A stretch of 64,000 nt of DNA from Pseudomonadota bacterium (GCA_038747195.1 JBCDKA010000002.1:19616-83615); one strand, 5' to 3'; numbered from the stretch's first letter, positions 1-9,840 are shown. Numbers and translations are program-made. The notes: generated from the sequence alone by a model not told the origin.

Positions 1-1
1 A

Positions 2-2116
2 GAGGTACGGGAAGACACGCCGACGCTGATTACGCTGGACGGATCGGACCCCGATCCGCTGGACATGCTGACCTTCAGCATCACTGAGATGCCGCAGCAC
101 GGAACGCTGACCCTGAGCGGCAACCAGGCGACCTATACACCCGATCTCAATTTTGTCGGCGAAGACCACTTCAGCTTCAACACGAGCGACGGTCTCGATA
201 CCTCGGCCAGCGAGGCGGTCACCATCCTGGTGGAAAACGTCAACGATCCCGCCGTTGTAACGTTCGACGAAGCACCGATTACGGCAGCGCGGGGTTTTGA
301 CACCCTGTTGGAAGGCACGCTGACCGACCCGGACGCCGCGGACAAACACTCCCTTCTGGTGCGATGGAATGACGGCACCCCGGATGAACCCGAGGGGGAG
401 GTCACCATGATGGGCACGATCACCGGCCCCATGCTAATGGAGCGGGCCACGGGTGACGGCTCAATCCGAGCCAGCCATGTATTCGAGAACGCCGGTTTGT
501 TTAGCGTCCAGTTCTGCGTCACTGACCAGATTGACGACTCCAGCGGGAACAAGGTTCCGACGGCGGACTCGCTCACGCTGTGTTCGCCGGTCGATGTGCA
601 GGTCGAGGACCTCTTGGATCTGACGCTGACCGTGAGCGGACCCGACGTGCTTGTGCGAGGCCAGTCGAGCAACTACGAAGTCACGCTGACCAATGAACAG
701 CCGTCGAGCGGCTCGGGTCTCACCGCGACTGGCCTGACCGCCACCGTCGACATCGATCCGGTGCTGATCACCTCAGCACCGGCGGGCTGCACGCTGACCG
801 GCAGCCGGGCGACGTGCAGCTTCGGGGATCTTGCTCCTGGGGAAAGCGATACCATCACCATTCCGATCATCGTGCCGGCAGACCCCGGCGGCGCCAGCAG
901 CGTGACCAGCGAGGTCGAAGTGCTGGTGGATCAAGCTGATAGAAAAGGAGCCAACAAACTGGTTGTCACGACGCCGCTGGCGACTGATGCGGACATCATC
1001 ATCGGTGGAGCGGGCGATCAGGAACTGGCGGATGATGAGGATGCGGTTCCGGGCGACGGTCTCTGTGAGGGCAACAACACCGGGACATGCAACCTGCGGG
1101 CCGCAGTCATGGAAGCCAACGCGTCTGCGTCAGTCAACTCGATCGCGCTGGGCAACGGCGTGTTTGCATTGACGCGAATGCCCCCAGGCTTGACCAAGTC
1201 TTCGGCCCTGGGCGACCTGGACGTGACCGAAGACCTCACGATCACCGGCAACGGTCCGCAGTTCACGTTTATCAATGCGGGCGGCGTCGACCGGGTCCTG
1301 GACGTAAGCGCAACCCTCGTGCTGGAAGGCGTGACGCTGTCAGGCGGGCTCTCCGCTGAGGGGGAGGGTGACAACGGCGCCGCGATTCGCGTAACCGGCG
1401 ACGGCCGGGTAGTGCTGCGCAACGTGCGAATCACCGGCAACGACGCGGCGGGCGCGGGCGGCGCCATCTGGGTCGACAGCACCCAGCCGGACGCGCTGCT
1501 GATCGAAAACAGCGTGATCAGCGCCAACACCGCTGCAGACGGCGCCGGGGTTGTCATGGTGAACGGCGGCGCTCAGCTCACAAACGTGACCTTCTCAGCG
1601 AACCGCGCCAGCGGTGATGGCGGAGCATTCCTGCTTCAGGGTGGCACGATGACCTTGCTGAACGTGACGGTAGCCGGGAACTCCGCCGTTCGTGGCGGAG
1701 GTGTGCTGCTGGACGGCGGCACGCTGGACACTACCAATACGCTGCTGGCAGACAATGCAGCAAGCACCGGCGCGGACTGCCAGTCGCTCGGCGGCAGCCT
1801 GATCTCCGGCGGCGGTAACCTGGTGGAACGGACCGACGGCTGCAGCGGCTGGAACCCCAGCCTCGACAAGCTCAGCGCACCGCCAGGTATCACCGAGCTG
1901 CTGGACAACAGCGGACCGACCCGAACCTACGCACTGCTGCCTGGCAGCCCGGCGCGGGACGGCGGTGTCCTGGCAACCTGTCCAGGAACCGATCAGCGCG
2001 GCCAGCCGCGGGCGACAGACGGGGTAGGAAACGGCCGGCCCGGCTGCGACATCGGCGCCTTCGAGGCGGCCGCGGTGCCGCTGCAGGAGACCATCTTTGC
2101 CAACTCGTTTGAGTGA
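2..2116 (+). CDS. Large exported adhesin-like protein, 5'-truncated by the window edge (cadherin-like / PKD-like / DUF11-like modules plus CSLREA-capped right-handed beta-helix)
   Basis: The frame of track ORF 65..2116 stays open back to nt 2 (EVREDTPTLITLDGSDPDPLD, no stop). Motifs: VENVNDPAVV (cadherin-like linker), HVFENAGLFSVQFCVTDQ (PKD-like), DUF11-like repeat (YEVTLTNE...CSFGDLAPGES), GTCNLRAAVMEANA (CSLREA-like), repeated GGA/GGG beta-helix rungs, CDIGAFE, terminal IFANSFE. Collinear paralog of the C-terminal ~690 aa of 13225..18741. Confidence 0.85.
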   Translation, partial: EVREDTPTLITLDGSDPDPLDMLTFSITEMPQHGTLTLSGNQATYTPDLNFVGEDHFSFNTSDGLDTSASEAVTILVENVNDPAVVTFDEAPITAARGFDTLLEGTLTDPDAADKHSLLVRWNDGTPDEPEGEVTMMGTITGPMLMERATGDGSIRASHVFENAGLFSVQFCVTDQIDDSSGNKVPTADSLTLCSPVDVQVEDLLDLTLTVSGPDVLVRGQSSNYEVTLTNEQPSSGSGLTATGLTATVDIDPVLITSAPAGCTLTGSRATCSFGDLAPGESDTITIPIIVPADPGGASSVTSEVEVLVDQADRKGANKLVVTTPLATDADIIIGGAGDQELADDEDAVPGDGLCEGNNTGTCNLRAAVMEANASASVNSIALGNGVFALTRMPPGLTKSSALGDLDVTEDLTITGNGPQFTFINAGGVDRVLDVSATLVLEGVTLSGGLSAEGEGDNGAAIRVTGDGRVVLRNVRITGNDAAGAGGAIWVDSTQPDALLIENSVISANTAADGAGVVMVNGGAQLTNVTFSANRASGDGGAFLLQGGTMTLLNVTVAGNSAVRGGGVLLDGGTLDTTNTLLADNAASTGADCQSLGGSLISGGGNLVERTDGCSGWNPSLDKLSAPPGITELLDNSGPTRTYALLPGSPARDGGVLATCPGTDQRGQPRATDGVGNGRPGCDIGAFEAAAVPLQETIFANSFE

Positions 2117-2133
2117 CGTTTCCCGGTCGGGTC

Positions 2134-3075
2134 CTAGTTGCGCTCGAGGGAGCCGACCGCGCGCTGCTTGGCGCCCGCAATGGGCACAATTTTTGTCGAG
2201 TGACCAAACCAACCAGCCACGGTCGATTTCTTGCGTCGACTGATCGGGATCTTGAGGTCGTTGGTCAGCAGGCAATACCACTGTTGTCCGTCCCTGACGA
2301 TTTTCATGATGGCGTGGCGCGCAACCCAGTGGGCGCGATGTACGCGCATGCCGTTGTCCCCCAGCGCATCGGCAGCCCGCTGCAGGGACCCCAGGACCAT
2401 ACATTGGCCCAGGTCTGTGTGGATATGCAGGTAGTGCAGATCCGACGAAATAGCCAGGACGTTGGTGCCGAGAGACTCGGGGATGTCGCTCAAGAACTTA
2501 TTGCGAACGTCCTCTGCGTATCGTCCCGACTCGTCCTTTTCTACCTCCACCTCGTTGCGACCATTACCGTCCCCGTCGGGACCCGGCGGTCCGTTGTGGA
2601 CCGGTTTTGCTGACAAAAAAGGCAGGTTGATCGCCATCCATACCAGCAGCACCTGAGGTCCGTCTTCCAGGAATTCGGCCAGGAGACCCTGCCAAATGCC
2701 CTGGCTCTCGAAGACGTCCAGCCAGTCGCCGTCGTTGGACATCCACCACTCGGGCTGAATGCGCTCGATCAGGTAACCGAAGGGGGCCATCAGCGTGGCG
2801 CCGGCAATTCCGGCGATCACCAGGGCGAGCCAGGGCGGCAAATGGCGAATGATCCTGGGGAGCAGGAACCAGCTCGCGGCATACAGCGCAGCGAGCGCCA
2901 GACCGACGTTGGTCGTCCAGAACGCGATCCGTTCAAAAAACTTGAGCCCCTGGCTTGCTTCCGGCTCCATGAGTACGAAGATGGCCACCAGCGTTGCGCC
3001 CACGATGATAATCGATCGGCCCAAGGGCCAAAGACCAAATACCGTACCGTTGCTAACGTCCACGTGGCGATTCAC
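2134..3075 (-). CDS. Membrane-embedded LytTR-domain DNA-binding protein
   Basis: C-terminal LytTR-like block (ISSDLHYLHIHTDLGQCMVLGSLQRAADAL...VHRAHWVARHAI...IPISRRK) after about four hydrophobic helices. Track ORF 2134..3426 overlaps the upstream receptor gene. I place the start at GTG 3075 (alternatives GTG 3063 or ATG 2970), so the start is uncertain. Confidence 0.7.
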   Translation of the reverse strand: MNRHVDVSNGTVFGLWPLGRSIIIVGATLVAIFVLMEPEASQGLKFFERIAFWTTNVGLALAALYAASWFLLPRIIRHLPPWLALVIAGIAGATLMAPFGYLIERIQPEWWMSNDGDWLDVFESQGIWQGLLAEFLEDGPQVLLVWMAINLPFLSAKPVHNGPPGPDGDGNGRNEVEVEKDESGRYAEDVRNKFLSDIPESLGTNVLAISSDLHYLHIHTDLGQCMVLGSLQRAADALGDNGMRVHRAHWVARHAIMKIVRDGQQWYCLLTNDLKIPISRRKKSTVAGWFGHSTKIVPIAGAKQRAVGSLERN

Positions 3076-3104
3076 CGTGTTTACTGCCTGTCCCGATTCC
3101 AGCT

Positions 3105-5501
3105 TTACCAAGCGTACTCGAAAATCAGGCCGAGAAGCGGGAGCGCGTCTTCGTCGTCGCTGATTTCGTTGCCGCGCAGGATATTGAGCTCCGGCGGCTC
3201 GCCCGAAGGCCCGCCGTACACGTTCAAGACATCCAGGAACAGCACAAAGTCGACCGGACCCATGGGGCGCCGGTAATCGACGCGCACGTCCAGTGAGTGG
3301 AACGCGTCTCCGCGGTCGACGTTGGTCTGCGTGATTTCCCGGGAGAAGCGTACGGGCAGGTTGGGTGCCAGGACATCTTCGTAGGTAATGTATCGGTCGG
3401 TCGGTTGCCCGGAGCCGTAGCGCCATCGCCCCGACAACTGCCAGCGATTGGTGATCTCCCAGCGACCTCCAATCGATACAAAATGTTCGCGGTTGAAGTC
3501 GGCGTCGTATTCGCCAAGACCATCGTTGTCATCAACCCGGAAACGATTCCAGGAATAGGCAAAGTCGGCTGACCAGCCTCGGTCGAAGCGGCGCGTTAAC
3601 ACCACATCAACGCCGGTATTGGTGCCCTCGCCTGCATTGGATATGCGGGCATTGGTGCGGCTATCCGGGACGAGCAGGTTGTCGAGCTGCTGATAGTAGC
3701 CTTCGACCAGCAGGCTCAGCTTGTCATTCCACTGATAGTTAAGCCCAAGTCCGAAATGAACGAGCTCCTCGCTCTCAAGGTTGAAATTTTCCGGATCCGC
3801 TGCCCGCGCAAGGTTGCTCGGCGCCTCGTAGAAAATGCCTGTCGATGCCGACAAACTCAGACGCGGAGACACCCGGTAATTGAGAGCGAGTCGCGGTGAA
3901 ACCAGGTTTTCGTCGCTGAAGCCGTTTCGATCGTAGCGAAGCCCGGTGCGCAGGCTTGCAGGGCCGATGTCGAAGACCTGTTCTGCGTACAGCGCGTAAT
4001 TGGTTTCACTGGCACTGTAGGCCGAGTTGATATCATCCGGCTGCAACACGATGAAGTTTGCACCGGCCGGGCGCGGATCATCGGACTCGAAAACGTACCG
4101 AATCCAGTCTTCGCGCAGCACGGTCGAGTAGTCGATGTCCGTGTTTGTCAGCAGCAGGCCGGCGGAAAACAGGCCAAACCGGTTGCCCATCGAGACGTCG
4201 CTGCGCCAGCCGATTTCCGATTCGACCTCTTGTATCGTTAGGAGATTCTCGCGGACCGGGACCTGATCGGCCGCTGTGCCTGGCGGCACCAGGTCCGGAA
4301 AGGACTCCCCCTCCGACGACAGCTTGTCGCTCTCGCGAACATACAGACGGTTTGTCCATCGCCCGTCGTTGCCAAACAATCGATGCCACGTGCCGCCGAA
4401 CAGGGTGAGGTCCTGATCGACGTCCAGGAGCGCCACATCCTCAATGCCCTCTTCCTCCTCCTCACCGGCAAGGACGTTTTCGATATCTCGGGTGTATTCC
4501 TCGGGCGCGTAGATAGCAAGAAACTCAAACTCATTGTTTGCATCGAACTGTGTATGCGTCTTGACGATCACGTCGGTCATGACGGGCGAACCGAAGTCGT
4601 TCTCGCCAATGGTCTCGAAAAGCTGCCCAAAGTCGAACTGACGAGCCTGCACAAACATGGTGGTGTTGTCATGAAAACCGCTCGGACCCTCATAGAGGAA
4701 CTCGAGCCCGGCCAGGTCAACGCGCACGCTAGCGACGGGGCTTGGTGCGCCGTCAACGAGATCCAACTGCAGCAGCGATGCTTTCCGACCGCCGAACTCG
4801 GCGCTCCAGCCGCCCGGCGAAAACTCCGCGCCGGCGACGGCGTTCGGCGCAAAAATCGAATAGCGTCCGCCATTAACGATGTCCTCTTCTTCGCCGAGGG
4901 TCTGCTCGAAATGGACAACCTGCTGGAAAGGAAAGCCGTCAACAAAAATCAGGTTGTTCTTGGGCCCGTGGCCGCGCACGGAAAAGCTCGCAAATGGTCC
5001 CCTTGACGCCAGGCCCGGGAGACCGCTTAGGGCGCGCATGACATCGCTGCCGCTACCGGCCGCGCTGCGAAGCTCCTCGCGGTTGCGAAAGCTGCTCGAC
5101 GCACCGAACGGATCAGCTTTCTGGGCACGGTCGACGACAACAATTTCCTCCAAGGTTTCGGTAACCGCCTGAAGCTCGAAGCGGATTCGGCCCGTACGCC
5201 GCTCCAATACCCGAACTCGTCGCTCGACAGCCGTGAGGTAGCCCGCAGCTTCGGCACGAATCGTAAAGAATCCGATCGGCAATTCGTCGATGATCGCGGT
5301 ACCGTTTTCCGTCGACTCCGACCGTATGGACCCCTCACGCGACTCGACGGACACCGTGACCGAGTCGACGGGCCGAAGCGTAACCGCATCGATCACCTCA
5401 ACGGATAGCGAGCCGGTCTCGGCAACTGCCGTTGCGGACGCAAGCAGCAGAAGAAGGATGTTTGACAATGGGAACGGGACAGACCGTCTGGCTGGGAGCA
5501 T
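3105..5501 (-). CDS. TonB-dependent receptor with CarboxypepD_reg-like N-terminal domain
   Basis: Signal peptide (LLLLLASATAVA). N-terminal SLSVEVIDAVTLRPV...FFTIRAEAAGY block, then a plug-like region and a long beta-barrel-type sequence. Terminal aromatic residues FEYAW. SD-like GAGGA lies upstream of ATG 5501. Confidence 0.85.
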   Translation of the reverse strand: MLPARRSVPFPLSNILLLLLASATAVAETGSLSVEVIDAVTLRPVDSVTVSVESREGSIRSESTENGTAIIDELPIGFFTIRAEAAGYLTAVERRVRVLERRTGRIRFELQAVTETLEEIVVVDRAQKADPFGASSSFRNREELRSAAGSGSDVMRALSGLPGLASRGPFASFSVRGHGPKNNLIFVDGFPFQQVVHFEQTLGEEEDIVNGGRYSIFAPNAVAGAEFSPGGWSAEFGGRKASLLQLDLVDGAPSPVASVRVDLAGLEFLYEGPSGFHDNTTMFVQARQFDFGQLFETIGENDFGSPVMTDVIVKTHTQFDANNEFEFLAIYAPEEYTRDIENVLAGEEEEEGIEDVALLDVDQDLTLFGGTWHRLFGNDGRWTNRLYVRESDKLSSEGESFPDLVPPGTAADQVPVRENLLTIQEVESEIGWRSDVSMGNRFGLFSAGLLLTNTDIDYSTVLREDWIRYVFESDDPRPAGANFIVLQPDDINSAYSASETNYALYAEQVFDIGPASLRTGLRYDRNGFSDENLVSPRLALNYRVSPRLSLSASTGIFYEAPSNLARAADPENFNLESEELVHFGLGLNYQWNDKLSLLVEGYYQQLDNLLVPDSRTNARISNAGEGTNTGVDVVLTRRFDRGWSADFAYSWNRFRVDDNDGLGEYDADFNREHFVSIGGRWEITNRWQLSGRWRYGSGQPTDRYITYEDVLAPNLPVRFSREITQTNVDRGDAFHSLDVRVDYRRPMGPVDFVLFLDVLNVYGGPSGEPPELNILRGNEISDDEDALPLLGLIFEYAW

Positions 5502-5893
5502 CGCGAGTCCTCGTGGGTGCTAAATACTCAAAAGCCTGACGGTACCTAACCTTCTATGGCGGCACGCGGTGCCGTTTAACCAGCGGTGCAATTACTTCAC
5601 TAACGGTATCTGTTCGCGTCATCCGCTGATCCCCGCCGTTCAACCGTACTGCGAAACTCATTACGTTTACGATCCGCGAAACGGGATCAAGATCATTTAA
5701 TGCGAAGATTATCAGTAGCTTAGAGTCTAATTGATCATAACTTCTTGTTTTGAATGACGTTAGATGAACATGCCCAAGCCCTGGGAAGCTATGGCGGCCC
5801 GCGGGTAATAGGATTATGGTTGAGGCGAGTGGCGGCCAATCGTTGTCCGCACGGGTTGGCTGACGGCATTCCAAATCAACTGAGGGTGTGATT

Positions 5894-6859
5894 ATGAACA
5901 GGCGCGAGATGATGATTTTGACGGGTTCCATGGCTGTGGGCCTGGGCGCTTCGACCGAGATCCTGGCGGAGTCCGAGGTGCCGGCGGGCTTCAAGGGTCC
6001 TTACATCGATCTCACCACACCCAAGGGAAACGTCAACGCAGCGGTCCGTATCGACGCCAATCTCGATGAGAGCAAACAGAAATGGGCCAGCGTCAGCGGC
6101 GTGGTTTGCGGCGTTCGCGACGGTGGGGCGTTACAGGACCTGTTTGGTTTTGAAGTGGTCTCGGTGGCCCGCGCCTGGGCGCAGCCTGACGGCAGCTACC
6201 GCGTTCCGCATCGGGAAGCCATTTTCTACACGGACCTCAAGACCGGAGACGTCCTTCGCACCTGGAAAAACCACTACATCGACGAAGAGGTTGAAGTGGT
6301 CGACGTGATCAACGATCCGTGGAATCACTCCTTCGCGGAAGAGGTAAAGCGTTTCGAGCCAAATTACGGCGGGCTCAACAAACCCAAGCCCAAGCCGCCG
6401 ATCCCCTTCAGCAACGGTTTTTTTGATGCCGGTAACGGCATGGTGCAGAAGCGCCGGCACATCAATCTCTATTATCCGGCGGCCCTGCAGCCGGATAAGT
6501 GGCCGCGTGAAAGCGCAGGAAAGATGAACCGGGTCAGCGAATTTTTTACCACCTCTGCAAAGCTAGCGGATCTGCAGAATCCGGAGATGACCTCGGTGCA
6601 CATCACCGGATCATGGTCGCGTGTGACCCCGTGGCTCCCCTGGATGCTGATGGGGCAGGCGCCCGGGCACATTGTTTATCACTCGACGTTTCATTCATTT
6701 GATTCGCTGGACGGTTTTAAGCCTAAGGTCCTGGCGCACGCGGAGAAACACCATCCGAAAATGCTGGAGGCGCCGCCGAGAGACGAGTGGGACAAGCCCA
6801 ATCTTTCCAGCCTCGAGGTCTACGCCAAGACACAAAAGCCGAAGCCGCCGAAGACCTGA
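5894..6859 (+). CDS. Exported hypothetical protein, DUF1838-like, with Tat-type signal
   Basis: MNRREMMILTGSMAVGLGAS carries a twin arginine plus an h-region. The body (LDESKQKWASVSGVVCGV...DGSYRVPHREAIFYTDLKTGDVLRTWKN) resembles DUF1838 as I remember it. GAGGG sits 7 nt before ATG 5894, preferred over track start GTG 5888. Confidence 0.55.
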   Translation: MNRREMMILTGSMAVGLGASTEILAESEVPAGFKGPYIDLTTPKGNVNAAVRIDANLDESKQKWASVSGVVCGVRDGGALQDLFGFEVVSVARAWAQPDGSYRVPHREAIFYTDLKTGDVLRTWKNHYIDEEVEVVDVINDPWNHSFAEEVKRFEPNYGGLNKPKPKPPIPFSNGFFDAGNGMVQKRRHINLYYPAALQPDKWPRESAGKMNRVSEFFTTSAKLADLQNPEMTSVHITGSWSRVTPWLPWMLMGQAPGHIVYHSTFHSFDSLDGFKPKVLAHAEKHHPKMLEAPPRDEWDKPNLSSLEVYAKTQKPKPPKT

Positions 6860-6988
6860 GGCGGGTAGCGGCTTTTCGCTGCCCTTAGCTGCGACTACAG
6901 GCCTGTCGGCCATCGGTGCCGACGGCCACCCCAACCATTGCTATGCTGCATTCCCAGACACCTTGCGGGACATCGTGTAGGTGATTTT

Positions 6989-7034
6989 ATCTTTACGTAA
7001 AGATAAACTTGGCTTAATATCTTTATATGAAGAT
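6989..7034. promoter_or_regulatory. Two 16-bp dyad operators (ATCTTTA-N2-TAAAGAT type) at the hydrolase-MarR operon start
   Basis: Site 1, 6989..7004: ATCTTTACGTAAAGAT, a perfect palindrome. Site 2, 7019..7034: ATCTTTATATGAAGAT, one mismatch, covering the ATG at 7027. Centres are 30 bp apart. The region is a strongly AT-rich island in GC-rich DNA. Confidence 0.6.
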
Positions 7035-8589
7035 AAAAAAGCTGGCGGTTTCTCATTCCCTCTCTTCGCTCGTAGCAGGACTCGGATTTCTGGTGGTCTT
7101 CTGCGTGGGTCTGATCGGCTGCTCAACTAACAGCGAGTCGCCTGGAGAGGCCTCCAAACCACTCCCGCGACTCTCTGGTCGCACCGCATCGCTAGAAAGT
7201 GGTGGAACATACCGCTACGACCGCGGGATTCTTTCGGTACCGGAGAACCGCGGTCGTCAAAGTGCTCGTAGCATTGACCTGGAGTTTCATCGACTGCCGT
7301 GGACTGGAGAAGGCAGCGGTAAGGTCCCGCCGATCTTTATCCTAAAAGGTGGTCCAGGCTTCGAGGGGCTGGAGGACGATCTGGCCCGTGTCGGCTACTA
7401 CGAGTTCTTTCTTGAGCGCTACACCCGACTCGCTGACGTGGTGGTGGTTGGGCAGCGAGGCTTTGGCAATAGCGGGCCGCTTCCCTGCCCCGATCTGCCT
7501 TCGGTCTCGATCGATCAGGTCGATAGCGCCCGCGAACGTCATGCGCGTCTGCGCTCGGGCATGCAGGTGTGCCGCCGCCTCTATGAAGACCAGGGCGTCG
7601 ATCTATCCGGTTACAACGTTGTGGAGATGGCGCATGACGTGGCAGCGGTGGCCAATGCTTTAGGCTATGAAAAAATCCAGCTTGTCGGCAACAGCTTCGG
7701 ATCCCACTGGGGCATGGCCATACTGCGTGAGTATCCGCAGCTAGTTAGTAGGGTGACCTTTAGCGCGCTGGAGGGCCCCGACCATACCTTCGACCACCCG
7801 CTCGAAGTGGATGCTGCCCTGAGGCGTATCGCTGACGCGGCACGGCCAGGCGAGGGGCAAAATGACCAGCCGGCAACGCCAAACCTGCTCAATCGGTTCC
7901 GTGGCGTCGTTAGCACAGCCGAGTTGTCACCGATGCCCGTCCAATGGCAGCCTGATGAAGAAAACCCCGCTTGGGAGATTCTTTTGGACGGAGATGCGCT
8001 GCGCTTGCTGAGCCGAGGGTACTCTCGCGGGACAACCTGGCGTTATTTGATGCCGGCCTGGCCCCAGGATCTCGAGACGATGATTGAGGGCAACTTTTAT
8101 GGCGGTGTCCGAAGGCTCACCCGCTGGTGGCTCAGCAACGAAATGGATAGTGCGGCCTACTTTTCCGTAGAGTGTGGCTCCGGAATCAGCGCCACAAGAG
8201 CTGCTGACATTGCTGCCAGCACCGGCGCCAGCGCTTCGTCGGTCAACGCGCTGCTGGCAGGCGGGCACTGTGACGCGTGGCCGTCGGACCTTGGCCCCGA
8301 TTTCCGGGAGCCGTTTGAGACCGATACGCCTGCTCTTCTGATCCACGGAGATTGGGATACCTCAACCCCCATCGAAAACGCGGCGGTGGTGCGATCCATG
8401 TTCAGCGACCATCACTTTGTGGTGATTCGGGGCGGTTCGCACGGCGCGTGGCGAGAGGCTGAGGAGAGTTCTCCCGAATTCCAGCAGGCGGTGCTAGCCT
8501 GGATTGCGACTGGGAGTGCCGAGCGATTGCCGCAGTCTCTCTCACTGCCACCGCTGACGTTTTTGCCGGCGGGGCAGAACACTGACTGA
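7027..8589 (+). CDS. Lipoprotein alpha/beta hydrolase (S33 prolyl/tripeptidyl aminopeptidase-like)
   Basis: Lipobox LIGC. GGPGFEG oxyanion-type motif, nucleophile elbow GNSFG, later IHGDWDTSTP (Asp) and GGSHGAW (His). Confidence 0.8.
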   Translation: MKIKKLAVSHSLSSLVAGLGFLVVFCVGLIGCSTNSESPGEASKPLPRLSGRTASLESGGTYRYDRGILSVPENRGRQSARSIDLEFHRLPWTGEGSGKVPPIFILKGGPGFEGLEDDLARVGYYEFFLERYTRLADVVVVGQRGFGNSGPLPCPDLPSVSIDQVDSARERHARLRSGMQVCRRLYEDQGVDLSGYNVVEMAHDVAAVANALGYEKIQLVGNSFGSHWGMAILREYPQLVSRVTFSALEGPDHTFDHPLEVDAALRRIADAARPGEGQNDQPATPNLLNRFRGVVSTAELSPMPVQWQPDEENPAWEILLDGDALRLLSRGYSRGTTWRYLMPAWPQDLETMIEGNFYGGVRRLTRWWLSNEMDSAAYFSVECGSGISATRAADIAASTGASASSVNALLAGGHCDAWPSDLGPDFREPFETDTPALLIHGDWDTSTPIENAAVVRSMFSDHHFVVIRGGSHGAWREAEESSPEFQQAVLAWIATGSAERLPQSLSLPPLTFLPAGQNTD

Positions 8590-8615
8590 TTTCTCTTGCT
8601 GGAGATGGACTGACC

Positions 8616-9116
8616 ATGCCGCGAAATTCCCCAACCGATGCCGATGTGATCGACCTGCTGCGCAGCCAGTGGGAATCTCAGTTGCCGCACCTGGATACCG
8701 AGGCGATGGAGGTGGTGGGGCGGATTACGTTGCTCGCGAGCCGCTGGGAGGCTGAGCTCCAACGAGCCCTCAAACCGTTCGCGCTGAGCTACACCGACTT
8801 CGACATCATCGCCACGCTCAGGCGTAGCGGCGAACCCTACGAGCTAACCCCGACGGAGCTCCTGCAATCAGTGGTGCTGACCTCCGGCGCTATGACCACG
8901 GCCCTAACCCGCCTGGAAAAAGCCGGATTGCTGAGTCGAACGCCCGATCCGAGCGACGGCCGAGTTCGTCGAGCCAAACTGACTCGATCCGGTGCAGCGC
9001 TGGCGGCAAAGGCGGCGCGTGTCAGGTTCAACGTCGCCGGGGAACAGGTCACCGAACTGACCAATAAAGATCAGCAAGCGCTGGTCGGACTGTTGAGAAA
9101 AATGGTCCAAGCCTGA
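8616..9116 (+). CDS. MarR-family transcriptional regulator
   Basis: 166 aa with MarR-like winged-HTH core (FDIIATLRRSGEPYELTPTELLQSVVLTSGAMTTALTRLEKAGLLSRTPDPSDGRVRRAKLT). Starts 26 nt after the hydrolase gene, with GGAG upstream. Confidence 0.85.
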   Translation: MPRNSPTDADVIDLLRSQWESQLPHLDTEAMEVVGRITLLASRWEAELQRALKPFALSYTDFDIIATLRRSGEPYELTPTELLQSVVLTSGAMTTALTRLEKAGLLSRTPDPSDGRVRRAKLTRSGAALAAKAARVRFNVAGEQVTELTNKDQQALVGLLRKMVQA

Positions 9117-9150
9117 CCGTACGCTCAGCGCGCTCGTGCGAAAGGACTGC

Positions 9151-9840
9151 CTAACCGCTGGAGATTTTCTGGCGCAGGTCTCTCACCCGACGGCGACTGA
9201 CCGGATATTCGATGCCCGAACGAAGCTTGGCTCGGTACTGACTACCCGGCAGTGATCGGATGGATTCGATGGTCGAGAGCCTCAGAATATGTGAACGGTG
9301 AACCCGAACAAAGTCCTCGGGCAACACTTTCTCCAGCGCATCGAGGCCTTTCTCATGAAGCCTTGAGCTGTTGTCGATCAACATAATCTCAGCGTAGTCA
9401 CCGGCACCGTGAATCGACGCAATGCGCTCGGTTTCAATCACCTCCAGCCGACCGCGATGACGAACCGTCAGCCTCGCAGCCGATGACCTTGCGCCAGCGG
9501 TTAGCCGATCAAGTGCTGTTGCCAGGCGCGCCTGATTAAACGGCTTGGGAACAAAATCGACCACGCCCCACTCGAAGGCCTCTACGGCACGGTCAACGTT
9601 GGCAGAAATCACGATCGTCTCCGCAGCGCTGGCTACGGCCTCTGCGAGCAGCTGAAAGCCGTCGTCCCCCTGCAGGTTCAGATCCAGAAGCACCACGTCA
9701 GCTGAGTTTTCCGAAAGGCCTGCCAGGGCTTCCGGCAGACTGCTGAAATGCTGCGTTGTGGCCTGCGGTCGTACCGCTTTGGTGAGGCGCTCGATCCGCT
9801 GCGCGATCAGCGGCTCGTCTTCAACGATCGCAATTTTCAC
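9151..9840 (-). CDS. LytR/AlgR-family response regulator (REC + LytTR)
   Basis: REC motifs (KIAIVEDEP, VVLLDLNLQGDDG, KPF) and a C-terminal LytTR block (IHGAGDYAEIML...VHRSHILRL...PVSRRR). Start moved to GTG 9840, which forms a GTGA overlap with the kinase stop at 9839..9837. The track start is 9867. Confidence 0.85.
   Translation of the reverse strand: MKIAIVEDEPLIAQRIERLTKAVRPQATTQHFSSLPEALAGLSENSADVVLLDLNLQGDDGFQLLAEAVASAAETIVISANVDRAVEAFEWGVVDFVPKPFNQARLATALDRLTAGARSSAARLTVRHRGRLEVIETERIASIHGAGDYAEIMLIDNSSRLHEKGLDALEKVLPEDFVRVHRSHILRLSTIESIRSLPGSQYRAKLRSGIEYPVSRRRVRDLRQKISSG

Noticed and set aside
2134-3426. Full 430-aa form of the LytTR ORF
   Set aside because: The first ~105 codons overlap the 3' end of the TonB-dependent receptor gene and translate to Arg/Pro-rich sequence. 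A downstream GTG or ATG start is more plausible.
5502-5700. Possible cobalamin or other riboswitch in the long 5' leader of the TonB-dependent receptor
   Set aside because: Reading the minus strand I could not find the B12-box or GGGAA/GGTGAAA core elements, only short generic hairpins. The receptor also does not look BtuB-like.
5697-5715. Fur-box-like sequence TTAATGCGAAGATTATCAG between the receptor and the DUF1838-like gene
   Set aside because: It matches only roughly 12 of 19 consensus positions and needs a 1-nt gap. It also lies about 190 bp from the receptor ATG, which is too weak to call.
5554-5994. 146-aa minus-strand ORF in the 392-bp intergenic region
   Set aside because: It crosses an AT-rich promoter-like island and overlaps the start of the DUF1838-like gene, with no coding-like composition.
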